Shown piece by piece: positions 1 to 9,818 of a DNA stretch of 64,000 bases. This stretch comes from an uncultured Bacilli bacterium (GTDB lineage: Bacteria; Bacillota_I; Bacilli_A; RF39; UBA660). How positions within the stretch are numbered: the first letter of the stretch is position 1; each line of letters begins with the position of its first letter. The notes under the pieces are model-generated. The model was not told the origin of the DNA. It was given only the letters and a program-made list of their open reading frames with translations, and did no database searches. Made by a program: the position numbers and the translations under genes. The DNA is taken from contig CAKOQQ010000001.1 in NCBI GenBank assembly GCA_934101425.1, forward strand, positions 35,781-99,780, in the 5' to 3' direction.

Positions 1-25
1 TTTTCTTTTTTCCATAATTTCCTCC

Positions 26-382
26 TTAGAATTCTAATCCGTTTTCACGTGCAGCATCAGCTAATGCTTTTACACGTCCATGATAAAGATATCCACCTCT
101 ATCAAATTTTACTTTTGAAATTTTTGCTTTTTTAGCTCTTTTAGCTAATAATTCTCCAACTTTTTTAGCAGCTTCTACATTGCCTCCATTTTCAAGTTTT
201 AACTCTTTGTCGATTGAAGAAGCACTAACTAAAGTTACTTTCTTTTCATCATCAATGATTTGTGCAAAGATATTACTATTTGATCTGAAAACATTTAATC
301 TTGGTTCGTTACCAACTAATTTAGCTTTTACACGATCATGTCTAACTTTACGCATTTCATTACGAGATACTTTGTTTATCAT
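26..382 (-). CDS. rplR: 50S ribosomal protein L18
   Basis: 118 aa with a typical L18 sequence ([18 protein letters not shown]...[18 protein letters not shown]). It sits downstream of rplF in spc-cluster order. Confidence 0.9.
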   Translation of the reverse strand: MINKVSRNEMRKVRHDRVKAKLVGNEPRLNVFRSNSNIFAQIIDDEKKVTLVSASSIDKELKLENGGNVEAAKKVGELLAKRAKKAKISKVKFDRGGYLYHGRVKALADAARENGLEF

Positions 383-405
383 AAGTATAATCTCCTTTAC
401 TCTAA

Positions 406-939
406 TTATTTAGAAGCTTTCTTTCCTTCTTTTCTTCTTACAACTTCATCCTTATAACGAATACCTTTTCCTTTATATGGTTCTGGTTGTCTTATTTTTC
501 TTACATTTGCAGCAAATTCACCTAATAATTGTTTATCAGCACTTGTAAGTACTAATTCAGTATTACTTGGGCATTCTGCTTTAATTCCATCTGGAATAAC
601 AACTTCAACTGGATGAGAATATCCAGCAGTTACAACTAATGTGTTACCTTTTAAATTGAAACGATAACCTACACCAATTGATTCTAATCCTTTTGTGAAA
701 CCTTCTGTAACACCAGTAATCATATTTGTGATGTTAGCATTTGCAGTTCCATGGAAGTTTTTGAATTCATCATTACTTCTAGTTAATGTTAATTCATTAT
801 CTTTAATTGTTACAGTTATATTTTGGTTAATTTCAGTTGAAAGAGTTCCTTTAGGTCCACTTACAGTAACTGTAGTACCTTCTACTTTTACAGTTACTCC
901 TTGTGGAATAGTAATTATTCTATTACCTATTCTACTCAT
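406..939 (-). CDS. rplF: 50S ribosomal protein L6
   Basis: 177 aa that starts [12 protein letters not shown] and has the tandem L6 domains. Its position in the spc cluster fits. Confidence 0.9.
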   Translation of the reverse strand: MSRIGNRIITIPQGVTVKVEGTTVTVSGPKGTLSTEINQNITVTIKDNELTLTRSNDEFKNFHGTANANITNMITGVTEGFTKGLESIGVGYRFNLKGNTLVVTAGYSHPVEVVIPDGIKAECPSNTELVLTSADKQLLGEFAANVRKIRQPEPYKGKGIRYKDEVVRRKEGKKASK

Positions 940-940
940 A

Positions 941-1339
941 TTACCAAATGTATGCTAATACTTCTCCACCTAAAGATTCTTTTCTAGCTTCTTTATCAGT
1001 CATTATACCTTTAGATGTAGATATAATAGCGATTCCTAAACCATTTAATACTCTAGGTAGTTCTTCTACTTTAGCATAAACTCTAAGTCCTGGTTTACTA
1101 ATTCTCTTTAAACCAGTAATAACTCTTTCTTTCTTTTCACCATATTTTAAATTTAAAACCATAACATCTTGTACTTTATCTTTTTTAATTTTAACGTCAG
1201 AAATATATCCTTCTTCTTTTAAAATTCTTGCAATTTCTAATTTTATTCTTGAAGCGGGTACTTCAACTTCTTTATATCTCATTGCATTTGCATTACGAAT
1301 TCTTGTAAGCATATCTGCAATTGGATCTGTTACAACCAT
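941..1339 (-). CDS. rpsH: 30S ribosomal protein S8
   Basis: 132 aa with the S8 signature ([13 protein letters not shown]...GGEVLAYIW). Confidence 0.9.
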   Translation of the reverse strand: MVVTDPIADMLTRIRNANAMRYKEVEVPASRIKLEIARILKEEGYISDVKIKKDKVQDVMVLNLKYGEKKERVITGLKRISKPGLRVYAKVEELPRVLNGLGIAIISTSKGIMTDKEARKESLGGEVLAYIW

Positions 1340-1356
1340 AATTATCCTCCCTTCAA

Positions 1357-1542
1357 TTACCAGCTAGATTTTCTAACACCTGGTATTTGTCCTTTGTAAG
1401 CTAATTCTCTAAAACAAATACGACATATTCCATATTTTTGTAATACTGCGTGAGGTCTACCACATCTGTTGCAGCGAGTATATTCACGGACTTTAAATTT
1501 TTGTTTACGATTAGCTTTATTAATCATACTTTTTTTAGCCAT
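1357..1542 (-). CDS. rpsN: 30S ribosomal protein S14, type Z (zinc-binding)
   Basis: 61 aa with a CxxC...CxxC zinc ribbon (CNRCGRP...CRICFREL). It lies between rplE and rpsH. Confidence 0.9.
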   Translation of the reverse strand: MAKKSMINKANRKQKFKVREYTRCNRCGRPHAVLQKYGICRICFRELAYKGQIPGVRKSSW

Positions 1543-1556
1543 AATTTCCTCCTTAG

Positions 1557-2096
1557 CTACTTCTTAAATGGCATACCGAAGCCTTTTAATAAGTCGTACG
1601 CTTCTTCATTTGTCTTTGCTGTAGTTACAAAAACTATATCCATACCGCGTACTTTAACAACGTCATCATATACTATTTCTGAAAAAATTAATTGTTCAGT
1701 TAACCCTAAAGTGTAGTTTCCTCTTCCATCAAAAGCTTTATTAGAAATTCCTCTAAAGTCTCTAACACGAGGTAATGTAATACTAATTAATTTATCTAAG
1801 AAGTTATACATTTTTTCACCTCTTAAAGTTACTTTACATCCGATTGCTTGACCTTCTCTTAATTTAAATCCAGCGATTGCTTTCTTAGATTTAGTAGCAA
1901 CTGGTTTTTGATCTGTGATAGCTTCTAAGTCTTTCATAGCAGCTTCTATGAATTTTGCATTACTTGTAGCATCACCACATCCAATATTGATAACAATTTT
2001 ATCTAATTTTGGAGTTTCCATTTTATTTTTATAATTATATTTTTCAATTAAACTAGGTACGATTTCGTTTACATATTTTTCTTTTAGGCGGTTCAT
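1557..2096 (-). CDS. rplE: 50S ribosomal protein L5
   Basis: 179 aa that starts MNRLKEKY and carries the L5 motifs. Confidence 0.9.
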   Translation of the reverse strand: MNRLKEKYVNEIVPSLIEKYNYKNKMETPKLDKIVINIGCGDATSNAKFIEAAMKDLEAITDQKPVATKSKKAIAGFKLREGQAIGCKVTLRGEKMYNFLDKLISITLPRVRDFRGISNKAFDGRGNYTLGLTEQLIFSEIVYDDVVKVRGMDIVFVTTAKTNEEAYDLLKGFGMPFKK

Positions 2097-2114
2097 TTAA
2101 TGTCCTCCTTCCAA

Positions 2115-2423
2115 TTAATCAATACTTTCATTTGATTTTTTTGCAATTCTAATTTTTTTACCTTTTTTATCAGTAGAATGTCCTATTCTGGTAGGTTTCT
2201 TAGTTTTAGGATCTATTATCATTACATTAGAAGCGTGTATAGGAGCTTCCATTTCAGTAATAGTTCCACCATCGGCACCATTAGGTTTATTATGTTTTTT
2301 AACGATATTTACGCCTTCAACAATTACCTTATTATCTTTAGATAATGTTTTAGTAATTAAACCTTCTTTACCTTTATCTTTACCAGCGATAACAACTACT
2401 TTATCTCCAGTTTTTAATTTCAT
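2115..2423 (-). CDS. rplX: 50S ribosomal protein L24
   Basis: 102 aa with a KOW-type motif ([19 protein letters not shown]). Confidence 0.9.
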   Translation of the reverse strand: MKLKTGDKVVVIAGKDKGKEGLITKTLSKDNKVIVEGVNIVKKHNKPNGADGGTITEMEAPIHASNVMIIDPKTKKPTRIGHSTDKKGKKIRIAKKSNESID

Positions 2424-2432
2424 AATTTCCTC

Positions 2433-2801
2433 CTATAATACTTCTTTAGCAAGAGAAACAATCTTCATAAAATCTTTATCTCTTAATTCTCTTGCAACTG
2501 GTCCAAACACACGAGTTCCAATAGGGCTCTTATCATCTTTGATAATTACACAAGCATTATCATCGAATTTGATGTAGCTTCCATCTTCTCTTCTTAGACC
2601 GAATTTACTTCTAACTATTACAGCTTTAACAACTTTTCCTTTTTCAACCGTTCCATTAGGAGTTGCCTTTTTTACAGTTCCAACAACTATATCACCAATA
2701 TTACCAGTCTTAACTTTGCTTCCACCTAGAACTCTAATAACAAGTAGTTCACGAGCTCCAGAGTTATCAGCAACTTTTAAACGAGTTTCTTGTTGAATCA
2801 T
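2433..2801 (-). CDS. rplN: 50S ribosomal protein L14
   Basis: 122 aa that starts [16 protein letters not shown], a conserved L14 N-terminus. Confidence 0.9.
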   Translation of the reverse strand: MIQQETRLKVADNSGARELLVIRVLGGSKVKTGNIGDIVVGTVKKATPNGTVEKGKVVKAVIVRSKFGLRREDGSYIKFDDNACVIIKDDKSPIGTRVFGPVARELRDKDFMKIVSLAKEVL

Positions 2802-2826
2802 ACGTTTTTCCTCCTTTTACTAACAG

Positions 2827-3081
2827 TTATAGAATAACTGCTTTTTCTACTATCTCAACTAATCTAAAATATTTAGTTTTTGATAATGGTCTTGTTTCAA
2901 CGATACGAACTGTATCGCCAACTTTAGCTTCATTCTTTTCATCATGAACACTATATTTTTTAGAAGATTTAATTCTTTTTTTATACAAGCTATCTTTTTT
3001 GTAAGTTTCAACTAAAACAGTAATAGTTTTATCTCTTTTGTCACTTACAACTTTACCAACTAATTCATGTCTTTCTTTCAT
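2827..3081 (-). CDS. rpsQ: 30S ribosomal protein S17
   Basis: 84 aa with S17-like sequence ([12 protein letters not shown]-like; KTITVLVE). Confidence 0.9.
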   Translation of the reverse strand: MKERHELVGKVVSDKRDKTITVLVETYKKDSLYKKRIKSSKKYSVHDEKNEAKVGDTVRIVETRPLSKTKYFRLVEIVEKAVIL

Positions 3082-3089
3082 AATTCCTC

Positions 3090-3284
3090 CTATTTATTTA
3101 ATTCTCTTTCTCTAAGAACTGTTTTCATACGAGCAACTTGTTTTCTTAGTTCTCTCAATCTTGATGGTTTTTCAAGATTTCCTGTAGCTTGATTAAATCT
3201 TAAATTAAATAATTCTTCTTTAGATTCTTCGATCTTTTTAAGTAGTTCTTCGCTTGTCAAATCTCTTATTTCTTTGTTTGTCAT
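3090..3284 (-). CDS. rpmC: 50S ribosomal protein L29
   Basis: 64 aa with L29-like sequence ([19 protein letters not shown]). It overlaps the end of rplP by 4 nt. Confidence 0.85.
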   Translation of the reverse strand: MTNKEIRDLTSEELLKKIEESKEELFNLRFNQATGNLEKPSRLRELRKQVARMKTVLRERELNK

Positions 3285-3706
3285 GCTACATCACCACTTT
3301 CTTTTTTAACAAATTTGCACTTTATAGGTAATTTATGCATAGCTAATCTTAAAGCTTCTCTTGCTACTGCTTCATCAACACCAGCGATTTCAAACATAAT
3401 TTTACCTTTTTTAACTACTGCAACCCATGCTTCTGGTTGCCCTTTACCTTTACCCATACGAGTTTCTAAAGGAATTTTAGTTAATGATAAGTGTGGGAAA
3501 ATGTTTATCCAAACTTTTCCTCCTCTTTTCATATAACGAGTCATAGCTACACGAGCTGCTTCGATTTGTTGTTGAGTTATCCAAGCACCTTCTTGAGCCA
3601 TTAGGCCATATTCACCGAAATGTAAGCTTGTATTACCTCTACTTACACCATCATATTTTAAACGGTGAGGTCTACGATATTTAGTTCTTTTTGGTATGAC
3701 TGCCAT
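3281..3706 (-). CDS. rplP: 50S ribosomal protein L16
   Basis: 141 aa that starts [12 protein letters not shown] and contains [15 protein letters not shown], closely matching Bacillus L16. Confidence 0.9.
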   Translation of the reverse strand: MAVIPKRTKYRRPHRLKYDGVSRGNTSLHFGEYGLMAQEGAWITQQQIEAARVAMTRYMKRGGKVWINIFPHLSLTKIPLETRMGKGKGQPEAWVAVVKKGKIMFEIAGVDEAVAREALRLAMHKLPIKCKFVKKESGDVA

Positions 3707-4361
3707 TTTTACTACCTCCCTCAGTTTTCTTTTCAGGAAGGATTTCTCCTTTATAAATCCATACTTTTACACCGATTTTACCATAAGTAGTATCAGCTTC
3801 TTTATGAGCATAATCAACATCAGCTCTTAAAGTATGAAGTGGAATATTACCTTCAGTATAACCTTCTGTTCTAGCCATATCAGCTCCACCTAAACGGCCT
3901 GATACTGCAGTTTTAATTCCTTTTGCTCCTGCTTTCATTGTATTTCTAATTGCTCTTTTTTGAGCGATTCTAAATGATACACGATTTTCAATTTGATGTG
4001 CGATATTTTCTGCAACTAATGCAGCTACAAGATCTGGATTCTTAACTTCCATAATAGAAATTTGAATATTTTCTTTTACTAATTTAGTTAATTCCTTTTT
4101 AATCTTTTCGATTTCTTCTCCACCGTGACCCATAATAACACCAGGTTTAGCTGTATTAATTGTTATTTCTGTCTTAGCGTCTGTTCTATCGATAAGAATA
4201 CTTGAAACTGCTGCGTCTTTTACTTTTCCTGCTAAATATTTACGAATTTTATTATCGTTGTCTAAATATTTAGAAAAATTCTTATTATCTGCAAACCACT
4301 TAGATTCCCAAGTTTTATTAATTCCAATTCTCATTCCTATTGGACTAACTTTTTGACCCAT
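3681..4361 (-). CDS. rpsC: 30S ribosomal protein S3
   Basis: S3 KH-domain sequence ([18 protein letters not shown]...). I trimmed the start from the six-frame ORF to the internal ATG at 4361, which is preceded by a GGAGGT RBS. Confidence 0.9.
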   Translation of the reverse strand: MGQKVSPIGMRIGINKTWESKWFADNKNFSKYLDNDNKIRKYLAGKVKDAAVSSILIDRTDAKTEITINTAKPGVIMGHGGEEIEKIKKELTKLVKENIQISIMEVKNPDLVAALVAENIAHQIENRVSFRIAQKRAIRNTMKAGAKGIKTAVSGRLGGADMARTEGYTEGNIPLHTLRADVDYAHKEADTTYGKIGVKVWIYKGEILPEKKTEGGSKNGSHTKKN

Positions 4362-4377
4362 CAGTTTACCTCCTTCA

Positions 4378-4713
4378 TTAATTTCTTTCACTTACTACTA
4401 CTGTTATATGACTTGTTCTTTTCATAATTGGATCTACATGTCCACGAGAACCCATTCTAGCTCTCTTCATAGTAGCGCCTTCATCTACAAAGGCTTCTTT
4501 TACATATAATTTATTTTTATCTAAACCTAAATTGTTTTCTGCATTTGCAGTAGCAGATACAAGAACTTTTTTTATAATTCTTGCTCCTTCTTTATTTAGG
4601 TTTTCTAATATATCTAAAGCTTCTTTAACATCTTTGTTACGAATTAAATCTATAACTAAACGAGCTTTACGAGGTGCAATTCTTACTGTCTTTGCAATCG
4701 CTTTTGCTTCCAT
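4378..4713 (-). CDS. rplV: 50S ribosomal protein L22
   Basis: 111 aa with L22-like sequence ([20 protein letters not shown]). Confidence 0.9.
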   Translation of the reverse strand: MEAKAIAKTVRIAPRKARLVIDLIRNKDVKEALDILENLNKEGARIIKKVLVSATANAENNLGLDKNKLYVKEAFVDEGATMKRARMGSRGHVDPIMKRTSHITVVVSERN

Positions 4714-4733
4714 TTTAGTCCTCCCTTCGTTTA

Positions 4734-5006
4734 TTACTTACCAACTTTGTTTTCGCCATGTCCACCAAACTTACGAGTTGGAACAAATTCACCTAACTTA
4801 TGTCCAACCATATCTTCTGTTACATAAACTGGAATAAATTCTTTTCCATTATGAACAGCGAATGTGTGTCCGATAAATTCAGGATAAATAGTTGAACGGC
4901 GAGACCAAGTTTTAATTACTTCTTTTTTACCTGATTCGTTAACTTTTGAAATTTTAGCCATTAAATGGCCATCTACAAAAGGTCCTTTTTTTAAACTTCT
5001 TGCCAT
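4734..5006 (-). CDS. rpsS: 30S ribosomal protein S19
   Basis: 90 aa that starts [15 protein letters not shown], the S19 N-terminus. Confidence 0.9.
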   Translation of the reverse strand: MARSLKKGPFVDGHLMAKISKVNESGKKEVIKTWSRRSTIYPEFIGHTFAVHNGKEFIPVYVTEDMVGHKLGEFVPTRKFGGHGENKVGK

Positions 5007-5022
5007 TTAAACCATCCTTTCA

Positions 5023-5853
5023 CTATTTTTTACGACGACGTACAATTAAACTATTTGAAGCTTTTTTCTTGTTACGTGTCTTATATCCTAATGCTGGTTT
5101 ACCCCATGGAGTAACTGGTCCTTTACGTCCAATTGGAGCACGACCTTCTCCACCACCATGTGGGTGGTCATTAGGGTTCATAACAGAACCACGAACTGTT
5201 GGTTTGATACCCATATGTCTTTTTCTTCCTGCTTTACCAACATTTACTAATTCATGATCTGCATTTCCTACTTCACCGATAGTAGCTCTACAAGTTCCTA
5301 ATACTTTACGAACTTCACCACTAGTTAAGCGAAGTAAAACATATTTTCCTTCTTTACCTAAAATTTGTACTGAAGCACCAGCAGTTCTTGCCATTTGTGC
5401 TCCCTTACCAGCTTTAAGTTCAACATTGTGAACCATTGTTCCTTCAGGAATTTGTTCAAGTGGTAATGTATTACCAACTTTAATATCAACATTATTTCCG
5501 CTAACGATTCTATCATTAACTTTTAAACCTTTAGGTGCAATAATGTATCTTTTTTCACCATCAACATAATTAATTAAAGCTATGTTTGCTGTTCTATTTG
5601 GATCGTATTCGATTGAAGCTACAACACCTTCGATATTATCTTTATTTCTTAAGAAATCAATAACACGGTATTTTCTTTTAGCTCCACCACCACGATGCCT
5701 TAAAGTTATTTTTCCTTGATTATTTCTTCCGCCACTTTTTTTAGCAGTAACTAATAAACTTTTTTCTGGAGTTGTTTTAGTTATTTCGTCATTTATTAAA
5801 GTTGACATGCCACGTCTAGCGTTAGTTGTAGGTTTATAATTCTTTATTGCCAT
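5023..5853 (-). CDS. rplB: 50S ribosomal protein L2
   Basis: 276 aa containing the L2 signature [24 protein letters not shown]. Confidence 0.95.
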   Translation of the reverse strand: MAIKNYKPTTNARRGMSTLINDEITKTTPEKSLLVTAKKSGGRNNQGKITLRHRGGGAKRKYRVIDFLRNKDNIEGVVASIEYDPNRTANIALINYVDGEKRYIIAPKGLKVNDRIVSGNNVDIKVGNTLPLEQIPEGTMVHNVELKAGKGAQMARTAGASVQILGKEGKYVLLRLTSGEVRKVLGTCRATIGEVGNADHELVNVGKAGRKRHMGIKPTVRGSVMNPNDHPHGGGEGRAPIGRKGPVTPWGKPALGYKTRNKKKASNSLIVRRRKK

Positions 5854-5867
5854 AATTTCACCCCACT

Positions 5868-6149
5868 TTAGTTAAGTTCAATAGAACTTCCTTCTTGTAA
5901 TTTTACGTATGCTTTTTTAACTTTGTTAGTATATCCAGTGTATTTACCAACTCTCTTTTTTCTTGGTCTTACATTAACTGTATTTACACTTTCTACTTTA
6001 ACATTAAATAACTTTTCAATAGCTTCTTTAATTTCTGTTTTATTAGCTTTAACTGAAACACTAAATACATAAGTGTTTTCTTTTTGTGCTAAGTCACTAC
6101 TTTTTTCTGTAATGATTGGTGCTTTAATAATATCTCTATAGTTATTCAT
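5868..6149 (-). CDS. rplW: 50S ribosomal protein L23
   Basis: 93 aa with L23-like sequence, lying between rplD and rplB. Confidence 0.85.
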   Translation of the reverse strand: MNNYRDIIKAPIITEKSSDLAQKENTYVFSVSVKANKTEIKEAIEKLFNVKVESVNTVNVRPRKKRVGKYTGYTNKVKKAYVKLQEGSSIELN

Positions 6150-6772
6150 TAACTAAGCACCTCCTCAATATTTTTAACAGCTTTTTCTGTAATTATTAAT
6201 TTATCAGCTGAAACTAAATCTAATACATTGATTTCATTATCTTGTAATAAAATAACTTCATCATTATTTCTTGTTGATAAAATAACATTTTCATCTAATT
6301 CATCTGTAACAACTAAGATATTTTTTGAAGCATTTAATGCTTTAAACATATTAGCTGATTCTTTATATTTGTTAGTTTCAAATTTTAAGTCATCAATAAC
6401 AACTAATTCACTATTGATAAATTTATATGATAATGCAGATAGAAGAGCTAATCTTCTTTCTTTCTTATTCATTTTCTTAGAGTATGATCTTGGATGTGGT
6501 CCAAATACTACTCCTCCACCTGGCCAGTGTGGAGCTCTTGTACTACCTTGTCTTGCTCTACCTGTACCTTTTTGTCTCCAAGGTTTTCTTCCTCCACCAG
6601 AAACTTCACTTCTAGTTTTTGTTGATGAAGTACCTTGTCTTTGATTGTTTTGTGCTAATACTATAGCATCATATAAAACTGCATCATTTGGTTCAATTCC
6701 CCAAACATTTTCATTTAAGTTAATATCTTTTACTTTTTCACCTTTAATATTTAAGACAGCAATTTTCTTCAT
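6149..6772 (-). CDS. rplD: 50S ribosomal protein L4
   Basis: 207 aa containing the L4 motif [16 protein letters not shown]. Confidence 0.9.
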   Translation of the reverse strand: MKKIAVLNIKGEKVKDINLNENVWGIEPNDAVLYDAIVLAQNNQRQGTSSTKTRSEVSGGGRKPWRQKGTGRARQGSTRAPHWPGGGVVFGPHPRSYSKKMNKKERRLALLSALSYKFINSELVVIDDLKFETNKYKESANMFKALNASKNILVVTDELDENVILSTRNNDEVILLQDNEINVLDLVSADKLIITEKAVKNIEEVLS

Positions 6773-6783
6773 ATTTGTCCTCC

Positions 6784-7512
6784 TTATTCAGTAACTTCAG
6801 TAGTTTCAGTTTCAACTACTTCTGCATTTTCAACTATAGGTGTTTCTTCATAAGATATTAATGCTGGGCGTTCATTAACTTTTCCTTCGTTTTTAGTTGC
6901 AGTTTTAATAATTACTAATGAATTTTTAGCTCCTGGAACATTTCCTTTTACTAAAATTACATTATTTTCAACATCTACAGAAACGATTTCAAGATTTTGA
7001 ATAGTTACTGTTAATGTTCCCATGTGTCCTGGTAATTTTTTACCTTTGAAAACACGCATTGGTCTCATAGTTCCCATTGAACCTGGTCTTCTATGATAAT
7101 GAGATCCATGTCCCATAGGTCCTCTACTTTGACCATGTCTTTTAATAACACCTTGGAACCCTTTACCTTTAGTAGTTCCAGTTACATCAACGATTTCTCC
7201 TTCAGCAAAAATATCAGCTTTGATTTCTTGTCCTAAAGAATATTCGTTAATATCTACATCCCTAATTTCTTTGAAGAAGCGCTTAGGTGTAGTCTTAGCT
7301 TTGTTAGTAATACCAACAGAAGCTTTAGTCGCTAACTTTTCTCTCTTTGTACTAAAACCTAATTGAATAGCTTCATAACCATCGTTATCTTTAGTTTTGA
7401 TTTGTGTAACAACATTTGGTTCAACTTCGATAACAGTTACAGGAACTACTTCACCATTAGTTCTGAATACTTGAGTCATTCCAATTTTACGACCTAAGAT
7501 TCCTTTTTTCAT
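6784..7512 (-). CDS. rplC: 50S ribosomal protein L3, with a roughly 30-aa acidic C-terminal extension
   Basis: 242 aa that starts [16 protein letters not shown]. The C-terminal tail ...[20 protein letters not shown] is longer than a typical L3. Confidence 0.9.
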   Translation of the reverse strand: MKKGILGRKIGMTQVFRTNGEVVPVTVIEVEPNVVTQIKTKDNDGYEAIQLGFSTKREKLATKASVGITNKAKTTPKRFFKEIRDVDINEYSLGQEIKADIFAEGEIVDVTGTTKGKGFQGVIKRHGQSRGPMGHGSHYHRRPGSMGTMRPMRVFKGKKLPGHMGTLTVTIQNLEIVSVDVENNVILVKGNVPGAKNSLVIIKTATKNEGKVNERPALISYEETPIVENAEVVETETTEVTE

Positions 7513-7524
7513 ATTTTCCTCCTA

Positions 7525-7833
7525 TTATAATTTAATTTGAATATCAACACCACTTGGAATGTCAAGGTGAGTTAAAGCCTCAACTGTTTCCTTTGTAGGG
7601 TTTGTGATATCAATTAGTCTTTTGTGTGTTCTTTTTTCAAATTGTTCACGAGAATCTTTATATTTGTGAACAGCTCTTAAAATTGTAATTTTTTCAACTT
7701 CAGTTGGTAATGGAATTGGTCCACTTACTTCACCGCCAGTTCTTTTAACTGTTTCAACAATTTTAGCGCAAGCAGTATCAAGACTCTTGTGTTCAAATGC
7801 TTTTAATTTAATACGAACTTTGCTCTTAGACAT
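7525..7833 (-). CDS. rpsJ: 30S ribosomal protein S10
   Basis: 102 aa that starts [19 protein letters not shown]. It is the first gene of the S10 operon. Confidence 0.9.
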   Translation of the reverse strand: MSKSKVRIKLKAFEHKSLDTACAKIVETVKRTGGEVSGPIPLPTEVEKITILRAVHKYKDSREQFEKRTHKRLIDITNPTKETVEALTHLDIPSGVDIQIKL

Positions 7834-7966
7834 TTGGTATCCTCCTTTCGCCTATATCAAGTATAGACTTGCTCCGTGTAAAAACCTGATTTATAGTTTG
7901 ATTTTTGTAACAACTCAACCTGGTGTATCAGCAACCTCACACATCCACGCACGCTACACATACAAA
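7834..7966 (-). promoter_or_regulatory. 5' leader of the S10 operon, about 130 nt, comparatively GC-rich and structured. Possibly an L4-type autoregulatory leader.
   Basis: An untranslated stretch between a consensus promoter and rpsJ. It has locally higher GC (ccacgcacgctacac, cctggtgtatcagc) than its AT-rich surroundings. Confidence 0.35.
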
Positions 7967-7995
7967 ATTATATCTAATTATTATAAGAAAATCAA
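7967..7995 (-). promoter_or_regulatory. Sigma-A type promoter for the S10 operon, TTGATT-17-TATAAT
   Basis: On the minus strand there is a -35 TTGATT (plus 7990..7995), a 17-nt spacer and a -10 TATAAT (plus 7967..7972). Confidence 0.55.
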
Positions 7996-8003
7996 GTGTT
8001 TTT

Positions 8004-8031
8004 AGAAAAAAAATGAACTTTTATGTTCATT
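8004..8031 (-). terminator. Rho-independent terminator after pilin gene 8027..8950
   Basis: Hairpin AATGAAC-ataaaa-GTTCATT followed by a run of 9 T on the minus strand. It overlaps the stop codon. Confidence 0.6.
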
Positions 8032-8950
8032 TTAATTCTATTCTTTTTCCATGATTTTTAAACCATTTAATTACAACTGCATTTTTAACATCGTCGCCGC
8101 CAGTAATAGTTAATATTTTATATTTACTATTATACCAATTATTTTCTTCATAATAAGGGACATAAAACCCATTTTCTTTATCTATTGCATATAATATAAC
8201 ACCTTTATTAGCTTTTATGGTACTACCAAAAGGAAAATCTATTTTGTCAAAAGCTCCTGAAGTAAATCCGGCAGTAATACCAAAGGCACTAATTTGTAAA
8301 TCCATTGGTAATGGGGCATCAAACGGCAAATAAAGTGATGTAATACCTATATACTTTTTGCCATTAGAAGTAAATGTCAAGTTAGCATCTGATAAATCTA
8401 TTAGTTTATTAGCTTGTGAAGTAAAACCATCATTATAAGTAGAAACAGTACTAAATTTGTATCCTGTATCATCTAAAAGCCAAGTTGTATTAGTTAAATC
8501 TGTAACATCTTTATTTAATTCAATATAATTATCGGGTGTTTCTTCTTTTCCGTCTTCTTTCACTTCTTCAAATGTGCAATTCTTTTCACTTTCTTTATTA
8601 CTGTTTATAGTACCGTTAGCACTTATTTCTATGCAATAACCCGAAATGTACATTTTTCCATATGCATTACCTTCTTTATCATACTTTAAATATCCTTTGC
8701 TAGCCTTATCACCATCATAAGTAAATGGGCTATTCGATAAATCAATTTTATCTGTGTTTATATTATCCATTATATTTTGCAAATAATATGCTTTTGCTGC
8801 ACTCACTACATTTCTTGCGCTTGCTTCTGCCGCTGCTTTTTTAGAGTCTTCTATAATATTTAATACTGCTGGAGTTGCTATTAGTGCTATTACTGCTAGT
8901 ATCACTATTACGGCTAGTAACTCTATTAGTGTAAACCCTTTCTTTTTCAT
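8027..8950 (-). CDS. Type IV pilin-like protein with a class III signal peptide. One of three paralogs of about 300 aa.
   Basis: The N-terminus MKKKGFTLIELLAVIVILAVIALIATPAVLNIIEDSKK is a prepilin motif (G|FTLIE with Glu at +5). The first ~125 aa are near-identical to 38575..39474 and 44825..45733 (shared GYC(I/V)E...NGT motif), and the C-terminus is divergent. I trimmed the start to the internal ATG. Confidence 0.8.
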   Translation of the reverse strand: MKKKGFTLIELLAVIVILAVIALIATPAVLNIIEDSKKAAAEASARNVVSAAKAYYLQNIMDNINTDKIDLSNSPFTYDGDKASKGYLKYDKEGNAYGKMYISGYCIEISANGTINSNKESEKNCTFEEVKEDGKEETPDNYIELNKDVTDLTNTTWLLDDTGYKFSTVSTYNDGFTSQANKLIDLSDANLTFTSNGKKYIGITSLYLPFDAPLPMDLQISAFGITAGFTSGAFDKIDFPFGSTIKANKGVILYAIDKENGFYVPYYEENNWYNSKYKILTITGGDDVKNAVVIKWFKNHGKRIELK

Positions 8951-8971
8951 ATATCCTCCTCTATTTATAAG

Positions 8972-9007
8972 AAAACAAAAAAACAAAAAAACTAGGAATT
9001 TCCTAGG
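8972..9007 (-). terminator. Terminator-like or attenuator hairpin plus U-tract in the pilin leader (copy A)
   Basis: Minus-strand stem CTAGG-AAATT-CCTAG followed by TTTTTTTGTTTTTTTG. It lies between an upstream small ORF and the pilin RBS. Copy B at 45758..45792 has the same arrangement with a G.U-compensated stem. Confidence 0.45.
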
Positions 9008-9039
9008 TTTTATGTTTTATATATATGACTAATTACTAT

Positions 9040-9099
9040 TTAGTTAGTAAATAATATCGCCCAAGAAATATAAGAAGTATTATTTTTTGTATTAGCCAT
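9040..9099 (-). CDS. Conserved 19-aa upstream small ORF (MANTKNNTSYISWAILFTN), a possible leader peptide, preceding the pilin gene
   Basis: An ATG with an AAGGAAGT RBS 7 nt upstream. Its paralog at 45815..45880 encodes MANTNYNASHICVRVYLITIY. The first ~11 codons are conserved and the rest diverges. The six-frame track misses it because it is under 60 aa. Confidence 0.4.
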   Translation of the reverse strand: MANTKNNTSYISWAILFTN

Positions 9100-9122
9100 A
9101 CATTTACTTCCTTACTATATTA

Positions 9123-9151
9123 AGTATATATCTTTTCTATTAAGTTGTAAA
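9123..9151 (-). promoter_or_regulatory. Promoter TTTACA-17-TATACT driving the small ORF and the pilin gene (copy A)
   Basis: -35 TTTACA at plus 9146..9151, a 17-nt spacer, and -10 TATACT at plus 9123..9128. The identical architecture recurs at 45904..45932. Confidence 0.45.
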
Positions 9152-9165
9152 GAAGAATATATTAT

Positions 9166-9810
9166 TTAAAATGAATTCGATATTTTTCTTTTTATTAATA
9201 CATATAGTATTATTACTAAAAATGATGATCCACCAATGAGCATATAAGTTTTAATTGATACTTTTTGCTTTTCGCCTAATTTTATATATATTGTATGATC
9301 AACGCCTTCATCTAAATCACCACTTTCAAAACGCCATGTATATGTGTTTTGTTTTTTACTATGAGCATTAGTCTCTATTAATTTTCTATTTGTTTTTATA
9401 TTAATAACTACATCATCCAATTTGGTTCCATAATCACCATTTCTAATTGCATCAGAAGTTTTTATAGTTATTATATTATTTTCCTCTTTTATACTTACTT
9501 CATCATAAAATAAATTAACAATTGAATTTGATTCTAAATTTTTAATTTTTCCACTAGATGTATATTCATATCCAGTTACATCTATGCTTTTTTCTATAAT
9601 TTTTTCTTTATAGTTTGGCTTTTCTTGCCTAATAGTAGCTATCATAACATCAATGTTATTATCTTCTTCTTCAAGTTGTTCTTTCAATAAATTTTGATTT
9701 CCATATAAAAGCAAAGAATCTTTATAACTGTTATCTTTAATAATTAGATTATATTCAGCACTACATCCAGTTATGAATATAGCACATATTAAGATTAAAT
9801 ATTTTTTCAT
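9166..9810 (-). CDS. Lipoprotein with a C-terminal transmembrane anchor. An architectural paralog of 12529..13149.
   Basis: Signal peptide with a lipobox (LILICAIFITGC). A C-terminal hydrophobic helix (LIGGSSFLVIILYVLI) is followed by the basic tail KRKISNSF. Confidence 0.6.
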   Translation of the reverse strand: MKKYLILICAIFITGCSAEYNLIIKDNSYKDSLLLYGNQNLLKEQLEEEDNNIDVMIATIRQEKPNYKEKIIEKSIDVTGYEYTSSGKIKNLESNSIVNLFYDEVSIKEENNIITIKTSDAIRNGDYGTKLDDVVINIKTNRKLIETNAHSKKQNTYTWRFESGDLDEGVDHTIYIKLGEKQKVSIKTYMLIGGSSFLVIILYVLIKRKISNSF

Positions 9811-9818
9811 ATATACTC

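Noticed and set aside
1-25. Partial rpsE (S5) start at the left edge
   Set aside because: Only the ATG and about 4 codons (1..16, minus strand) lie in the window. That is too little to support a call.
180-958. Plus-strand ORFs from the six-frame track that lie inside ribosomal protein genes (180..413, 695..958). Similar antisense ORFs elsewhere: 3315..3536, 4532..4837, 5000..5257, 6228..6644, 22685..23317, 23336..23587, 24014..24286, 27661..28212, 31920..32375, 36032..36316, 38882..39211.
   Set aside because: They lie antisense within well-supported, conserved genes. Their translations are low-complexity, typical of the reverse frame of AT-rich coding sequence. They have no RBS or start context.
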